DNA of 45,855 bases from IMG/VR virus record IMGVR_UViG_2531839662_000038. One strand, given 5' to 3'. The DNA comes from a virus. Lineage: Duplodnaviria; Heunggongvirae; Uroviricota; Caudoviricetes. Of the stretch, positions 40,393 through 45,855 are shown in pieces. Below the pieces are notes generated by a model, which searched no databases, was not told the DNA's origin, and saw only the letters and a list, made by a program, of their open reading frames with translations. The translations under genes and the position numbers were made by a program. Each line of letters opens with the position of its first letter. The stretch's first letter is position 1.

Positions 40393-42387
40393 ATGACAGA
40401 CATTACAGCCAATGTGATCGTATCGATGCCTTCGCAACTTTTCACTATGGCGCGTTCTTTTAAAGCGGTTGCCAATGGCAAAATTTATATCGGTAAAATT
40501 GACACTGACCCGGTGAATCCTGAAAACCAGATTCAGGTTTATGTGGAAAACGAAGACGGTTCTCACGTTCCTGTTTCGCAACCAATCATCATTAACGCTG
40601 CTGGTTATCCTGTATATAACGGACAGATTGCCAAATTCGTAACTGTGCAAGGCCATTCTATGGCTGTTTATGATGCGTACGGTGCGCAGCAGTTCTATTT
40701 TCCTAACGTCCTGAAGTATGACCCTGACCAATTAAGGCAAGAATTAGCTTCTGACAGAGGAGCAACATTATCATTAAGTCAGATAGCTACTTCTTACGGC
40801 CTTGATTTCTCGTTAGGCGGTGTATGGCGGGAGGGGGCGTTATCTAATGTTGATAACTGGTGGTGGTATAATAATAAAATCTACACCGGTGGTAGCGGCA
40901 CTCTTCCGTCATCTCCTGCTTTGCCATGGTACGAAGTGACGGTAGCAGATTATATTTCTGTTGCTCAATTTTTCCCCATTACTGGTGATCCAGCGGCAGA
41001 TAACTCAGCTAGCTTTAATGCTGCTGCAGCAGTTGCTTTATCGGCAGGAAAGAGGCTGTTTGTCCCTGCAGGAACTTACTATGTTAAGTCACCAGTTGAT
41101 TTAACAATAGGCACTGTTGACCTATTCGGGGATGGCGTTGAGAAGTCATTCATTATTGCGGGGAGTGGGTTCACTGGAGAGACAGTTGTCAACATGTACT
41201 ACGAAACTGACTCTATAAGACGTAGCACATCTATCTCTCACGTTACAGTTGATGGGAACAACATCGCCAACTATGCTTGCCGAATTCAATATGTTCACCT
41301 AGGAAGAACCCATAATTGTCGTTTCATCAATGGCGTGGTGGCGAACTTCTATACTATAAACGACTGGCTTAATACCTATGATTGCTGTTCTTTTGTTCCT
41401 GCGCCAAATCGCGGAGTTCACCTTGCTGGGGCTAACAACCGCGTAACGTTCAATAACTGTGGATTTGCATCAAATAAGGTCGGTGAATATGCCTTTTATG
41501 CTTCTGGTACTTCCCCTATTGAAGGTTTAAGCTTAATTGGATGTGACCTTGAGTTCGGCATTGGGCATGGCATGTACTTAAATACCCGAGTGACCAATAT
41601 TGTTGGCGGGTACTATGGCGAAGCGATACAAGGCGATATCTTTACGGTTCCAGATGGAGTAGTAAAAATAAGCGGTGTAAATGCTTTTGTAGGATATTAC
41701 AATGAGGGAGGAAGGTTTGTTGTTCTTGACAATGATGCTGTAGTTAAGGTTGATAGTTGCTGGATTGCAGATCAGGGCAACTTTAAACTTTCATTACTTG
41801 CATCAAGCACTGACAACAGGGCTCATGCTGTATTTACTAATTGTTATATTGGTGCAACTGTGTCTGGCCCACAAGTTATGGAAGGAGATTGTTTAGGCAA
41901 GATTAATATGAGGACGTTTGCAGAAAGCAGAGCAATCCTTTATACAATGAACAATACTGGTAATACAGTAACCAGAAGCAGATACAACTCAATAGGAGCA
42001 AAAATAACCATTAATACCGTAACGACCCCTAGTTCTAACAAGCTATCACTTAATACTAAGATAAAAGACAGAGGGTGGAAGGTTAACGACCGGGTATACT
42101 TAATTGTTACTTATGAGAGTAATGTTGATATAAATATTTATTTAAGCAGTTCGATATATGCTGCATCGGATGCAACGCTATTTGGAACTTTACCATCAAC
42201 AAATGGTTCTTTATCTACGTGTTATATTGCTAATAATATTATTCCGGAAAATACATCTGAGATATTCGAGTTTTATGTAAATGGCGCTGGTGTTGGCGAT
42301 TACTTTGCTATTCAGGATGTTACTCTTACAGACAGGTCATTCACTTTCAGTGGAACAACTATGACCACTTTTGCTAAGGCTGAATAA
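40393..42387 (+). CDS. Tailspike: P22-type N-terminal head-binding domain fused to a divergent receptor-binding domain
   Basis: 664-aa ORF; first ~115 aa ([59 protein letters not shown]...) match remembered P22 gp9 N-terminus; remainder unrelated to P22. Confidence 0.85.
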   Translation: MTDITANVIVSMPSQLFTMARSFKAVANGKIYIGKIDTDPVNPENQIQVYVENEDGSHVPVSQPIIINAAGYPVYNGQIAKFVTVQGHSMAVYDAYGAQQFYFPNVLKYDPDQLRQELASDRGATLSLSQIATSYGLDFSLGGVWREGALSNVDNWWWYNNKIYTGGSGTLPSSPALPWYEVTVADYISVAQFFPITGDPAADNSASFNAAAAVALSAGKRLFVPAGTYYVKSPVDLTIGTVDLFGDGVEKSFIIAGSGFTGETVVNMYYETDSIRRSTSISHVTVDGNNIANYACRIQYVHLGRTHNCRFINGVVANFYTINDWLNTYDCCSFVPAPNRGVHLAGANNRVTFNNCGFASNKVGEYAFYASGTSPIEGLSLIGCDLEFGIGHGMYLNTRVTNIVGGYYGEAIQGDIFTVPDGVVKISGVNAFVGYYNEGGRFVVLDNDAVVKVDSCWIADQGNFKLSLLASSTDNRAHAVFTNCYIGATVSGPQVMEGDCLGKINMRTFAESRAILYTMNNTGNTVTRSRYNSIGAKITINTVTTPSSNKLSLNTKIKDRGWKVNDRVYLIVTYESNVDINIYLSSSIYAASDATLFGTLPSTNGSLSTCYIANNIIPENTSEIFEFYVNGAGVGDYFAIQDVTLTDRSFTFSGTTMTTFAKAE

Positions 42388-42392
42388 TTAAC

Positions 42393-42420
42393 AGAAAAGG
42401 TGGATCACTCCACCTTTTCA
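42393..42420. terminator. Bidirectional hairpin terminator between convergent tailspike and integrase genes
   Basis: AAGGTGGA-TCAC-TCCACCTT flanked by A-run and T-run; the integrase stop codon lies in the loop. Confidence 0.65.
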
Positions 42421-43562
42421 TCAAGCCAGTCCGCCCACCACTGCATCATTTCTCTGCGCTTATCGAGATACTGAGCATGGTTGTAAATCCCACGCACAGA
42501 TCCGCCGTTGGCATGTGCCAGTTGCACTTCAATAGCATCAGCAGGCCATTCGTGCTCGTTCGTAATCGTGCTGAATTCATGCCTGAATCCGTGACCGCTT
42601 TCCAGACCTTCATAGCCGATTTGTTTGATCACAAGCAGTACAGCGTTCTCGCAAATTGGCTTCTTCTTATCGTTGCGCCCGGCAAAAACAAACTCTGATA
42701 CTGGTTTGGTGATTGAGCTTAGCGTAGTGAGAAGTTCAACCACCTGGTCTGACATAGGAACCACATGAATTTTGCGTCCCTTCATCACACTGGCGTCGAT
42801 GGTGATAATCCTGTTTTCAAAATCGACGTTCTTCCATAGCATGGAACGAAGCTCTTTCGTTCTTAGGGCTGTGTAGCGTAAAACTTTGGTCGCAATGAGC
42901 GATACGATGCTTCCTGAAAATGTTGCCAGTGCTTTGTTGAATGCCGGGATCTGGTCTGCAGGAAGAAACGGGAAGTTCTTCTTGCGGTATCCCTTCATGG
43001 CGTCAGCAAGGTCAGGTGCCGGGTTATATTTAGCCCTGCCGGTGACAATAGCGTAACGGAAAACCTCGCCGCATCTTCTGCGTGCTTTGTTGGCTCGCTC
43101 CATTGCACCGCGATCTTCAAATCTGCGGATTACTTCCAGCAGTTGCATCGGCTCAATATCCTGAATCTCAAGACCGCCGATGATGGGTAAAATGTCGTCA
43201 TCAAACATTTTTGCAAGTTCAGTCGCATACCCTACTGACCAGACTTGCTTCTTGTGTTCGTACCATTCCTTGTAAATTGCACTAAAGGAATTGTTGTTAG
43301 ACGAAGCCTTTTTCGCTTTTACCGGATCGATGCCAACCGAGATGTCTTTCCTCGCAGTCCATGCTTTATCCCTTGCCTCCTGCAAAGTCATAAGCGGATA
43401 TTTTCCTACGGTCAGGATTTTCTCCTTACCGTCAATCTTGTAGCGAAGCTGCCATACCTTTTTCCCTGACACAGGGACATAAAGGTACAGGCCATTACCA
43501 TCGAGTAGGCGGTATGGTTTTTCTTTCGGCTTTGCTGCTTCAATCTGCTTAACGGTGAGCAT
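42405..43562 (-). CDS. intS: Tyrosine integrase, P4/IntS type with N-terminal arm-binding domain
   Basis: 385 aa from MLTVKQIEAAKPKEKPYRLLDGNGLYLYV (the ORF track extends to a GTG at 43598); catalytic region with HGFRH and a C-terminal Tyr; lies about 160 bp from argW. Confidence 0.85.
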   Translation of the reverse strand: MLTVKQIEAAKPKEKPYRLLDGNGLYLYVPVSGKKVWQLRYKIDGKEKILTVGKYPLMTLQEARDKAWTARKDISVGIDPVKAKKASSNNNSFSAIYKEWYEHKKQVWSVGYATELAKMFDDDILPIIGGLEIQDIEPMQLLEVIRRFEDRGAMERANKARRRCGEVFRYAIVTGRAKYNPAPDLADAMKGYRKKNFPFLPADQIPAFNKALATFSGSIVSLIATKVLRYTALRTKELRSMLWKNVDFENRIITIDASVMKGRKIHVVPMSDQVVELLTTLSSITKPVSEFVFAGRNDKKKPICENAVLLVIKQIGYEGLESGHGFRHEFSTITNEHEWPADAIEVQLAHANGGSVRGIYNHAQYLDKRREMMQWWADWLDEKVE

Positions 43563-43723
43563 GGGTAAAAATCCGGTGGGTAAAATTATTTTATCCACTT
43601 TTTACCCGTCATGGAGTGCGGCTGTCAACGATCTGACGCGAACCATTACGAACTGTGAATCTACGGAAGGCTTGATATTCAGGGGATTTTGCGGACTGGT
43701 ACGGATGGGAGCGAACTGATAAA

Positions 43724-43798
43724 TGGTGTCCCCTGCAGGAATCGAACCTGCAATTAGCCCTTAGGAGGGGCTCGTTATATCCATTTAACTAAGAGGAC
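43724..43798 (-). tRNA. argW: tRNA-Arg (anticodon CCU), argW
   Basis: 75-nt sequence on the minus strand: GTCCTCTTAGTTAAATGGATATAACGAGCCCCTCCTAAGGGCTAATTGCAGGTTCGATTCCTGCAGGGGACACCA, cloverleaf-compatible, anticodon loop CUCCUAA. Confidence 0.9.
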
Positions 43799-43873
43799 AA
43801 TGCGGCATGAGTATACCCGCTAATGGAGTGCGGGGTAAGTACGCTGCCGCTCGATTGCTTAAACCCTCGCCAT

Positions 43874-44806
43874 TTATGCCGGGTTTTTATAATTTTTCTT
43901 AATGTTTTCCGCACGTTCTGCTTTTTGGCGTGCTTCTGCTTTACGCTTATTGCTCATGTCGTTACGAATCTGTGCATGACTCATTAACGCGAAGATAAAG
44001 GTGCCGCCGCAGATGTTCCCCGCTAAAGTAGGTAGTGCGAAGGGCCAGATGAAATCGCTCCAGTGCAGCGTACCGTTAAACACCAGATAGAGGATTTCAA
44101 CAGAACCGACCACGATATGGGTGGTGTCACCCAGGGCAATAAGCCAGGTCATCAATATAATCACCACAATCTTTGCCGCACCCGCTGCAGGAAACATCCA
44201 AACCATAGTGGCGATCAGCCAGCCGGAAATGATCGCGTTGGCAAACATCTCGCTGGGGGTGTTCTTCATCACATCCATGCCGATTTTGACAAATGCATCG
44301 CGAGTTTCTTCATTGAAGATAGGCATATATTCAAATGCCCACGCCGCAATACCTGTCCCGAGAATATTACCCAGCAGCACGACGCCCCATAACCGTATAA
44401 GTAAGCCGACGTTGCTCATTGTCGGTTTTTGCATGACGGGTAGTACCGCAGTCACGGTATTTTCGGTAAATAATTGCTGGCGGGCCATAATGACGATAAT
44501 AAAACCAAAGGTATAACCGAGATTCTCCAGCAAGAAGCTGCCCGGCACACCTTCCAGTTCGACTTGAAATATCCCTTTTGCCAGTAACGAAGCGCCCATC
44601 GACAGACCCGCCGCAATGGCTGACCACAGTAGCGCCATTGCGTCGCGTTCCAGCTCTTTTTCACCATCCTGGCGGATATGCTCATGAATTGCCATCGCCC
44701 GGGAGGGGAGTCGGTCTTCATCTATTTCTATTTTTTTGCCGCGCTCTTTTTCTTCGCTCTCAACTTCAATTTCGTCGCTGTGTTGATCAATTTTGTCGTT
44801 GTCCAT
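43874..44806 (-). CDS. yfdC: Inner membrane protein YfdC (formate/nitrite transporter family)
   Basis: 310-aa polytopic membrane ORF recognised as E. coli YfdC, the known neighbour of argW. Confidence 0.85.
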   Translation of the reverse strand: MDNDKIDQHSDEIEVESEEKERGKKIEIDEDRLPSRAMAIHEHIRQDGEKELERDAMALLWSAIAAGLSMGASLLAKGIFQVELEGVPGSFLLENLGYTFGFIIVIMARQQLFTENTVTAVLPVMQKPTMSNVGLLIRLWGVVLLGNILGTGIAAWAFEYMPIFNEETRDAFVKIGMDVMKNTPSEMFANAIISGWLIATMVWMFPAAGAAKIVVIILMTWLIALGDTTHIVVGSVEILYLVFNGTLHWSDFIWPFALPTLAGNICGGTFIFALMSHAQIRNDMSNKRKAEARQKAERAENIKKNYKNPA

Positions 44807-45099
44807 GGTCTCTTCTCTTGAATTAGCACGTATAGCTAAAGCGTAGCGGCTTTTTTGCTCGCAACTGACGGGAGTTACTCTGAAAATGTAGAAAAGGCTG
44901 CGTTTGCCTTTTTCTGTTTCTATAGAATCAAGTAGCCTACAGGGCGGCGATTACCAGGCTATGATCAAATCAGCAAATCAGGGCGTCTGGACATCAGTTG
45001 ACGTGCTGTTACAATCGCCCACACCTAAACAGGCGGATACGGTATCGTTCCGTCATGGATGGCAAACTGCATAAGCCATAAAAAAACAGGGAGACATTT

Positions 45100-45855
45100 A
45101 TGAAGCTTCGCCTGTCGGCGCTTGCTCTGGGAACTACGCTTCTGGTGGGGTGTGCGAGTTCCGGTACAGATCAGCAAGGGCGTTCTGACCCGTTAGAAGG
45201 GTTCAACCGCACCATGTACAACTTCAACTTCAATGTATTAGACCCGTATATTGTTCGACCGGTCGCTGTCGCCTGGCGTGATTATGTTCCGCAACCGGCG
45301 CGTAACGGTTTGAGCAACTTTACTGGCAACCTTGAAGAACCTGCGGTGATGGTTAACTACTTCTTGCAGGGCGACCCTTATCAGGGGATGGTCCACTTTA
45401 CCCGCTTTTTCCTGAACACCATTTTGGGGATGGGCGGTTTTATTGATGTTGCAGGGATGGCGAACCCGAAACTGCAACGGACTGAGCCTCACCGCTTCGG
45501 TAGTACGCTTGGTCATTATGGCGTGGGTTATGGGCCTTACGTTCAGTTACCGTTCTACGGTAGCTTCACGCTGCGTGATGACGGTGGTGATATGGCGGAT
45601 GGTCTTTACCCGGTTCTTTCCTGGCTGACCTGGCCGATGTCTGTGGGTAAATGGACGCTTGAAGGGATCGAAACCCGCGCTCAGCTGCTGGATTCCGATG
45701 GTCTGCTGCGTCAGTCGTCCGATCCTTATATTATGGTGCGCGAAGCGTACTTCCAGCGTCATGATTTCATCGCTAATGGCGGCGAACTCAAACCGCAGGA
45801 AAATCCGAACGCACAAGCGATTCAGGATGATTTAAAAGATATTGATTCTGAATAA
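45100..45855 (+). CDS. mlaA: MlaA (VacJ) outer-membrane lipoprotein
   Basis: 251-aa ORF with lipoprotein signal (LLVGCASS); recognised as E. coli MlaA. Confidence 0.9.
   Translation: MKLRLSALALGTTLLVGCASSGTDQQGRSDPLEGFNRTMYNFNFNVLDPYIVRPVAVAWRDYVPQPARNGLSNFTGNLEEPAVMVNYFLQGDPYQGMVHFTRFFLNTILGMGGFIDVAGMANPKLQRTEPHRFGSTLGHYGVGYGPYVQLPFYGSFTLRDDGGDMADGLYPVLSWLTWPMSVGKWTLEGIETRAQLLDSDGLLRQSSDPYIMVREAYFQRHDFIANGGELKPQENPNAQAIQDDLKDIDSE

Larger units (their letters stand above)
1331..43798. mobile_element. Mosaic lambdoid prophage (lambda-type int/xis/Q/lysis segments, P22/Sf6-type N, replication and virion genes), bounded by lambda attL at left and an IntS-type integrase plus argW at right
   Basis: Continuous phage gene content between ybhC and argW; att core at left; tRNA at right. 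Confidence 0.9.

Noticed and set aside
40333-40731. 132-aa minus-strand ORF
   Set aside because: Antisense to the tailspike 5' region and overlaps the ant terminator

Overview
The window is almost entirely one mosaic lambdoid prophage of about 42 kb, flanked by Escherichia coli chromosomal genes. All calls rest on reading the supplied ORF translations and the raw sequence against remembered protein families; no searches were run. Left flank: ybhC and a phage-lambda-type attL (core GCTTTTTTATACTAA, 1331..1345), followed by lambda-like int and xis. Early-left region (minus strand): accessory genes, a Sak4-type recombinase with an SSB-like partner in place of exo/bet/gam, kil, cIII and a P22-like N antiterminator with nutL. 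Immunity region: OL, a two-gene AT-rich cassette in the rexAB position, cI, OR, cro-like, nutR and cII. Replication and nin region: O-like initiator carrying an iteron origin, DnaB-type helicase, ninB, a Dam-like methyltransferase, ninE, ninF, ninG, ninI and two inserted HNH endonuclease genes. Late region: lambda-like Q, pR'/tR', and S-R-Rz/Rz1 lysis genes, then a P22/Sf6-type virion module (gene order 3, 2, 1, scaffold, coat, 4, 10, 26, 14, 7, 20, 16), an immI-like region (mnt, arc, ant plus unrecognised small ORFs) and a tailspike. Right flank: a second, P4/IntS-type integrase convergent with the tailspike, then tRNA-Arg (argW), yfdC and mlaA. Most interesting candidates: (1) the cI-linked two-gene cassette at 8746..9764; (2) a Panacea-domain protein with an unknown partner at 37018..37895; (3) the two HNH endonuclease insertions that have taken over ninB and ninG gene ends; (4) the two-integrase, two-locus architecture, which suggests an inter-prophage inversion or a chimeric assembly.
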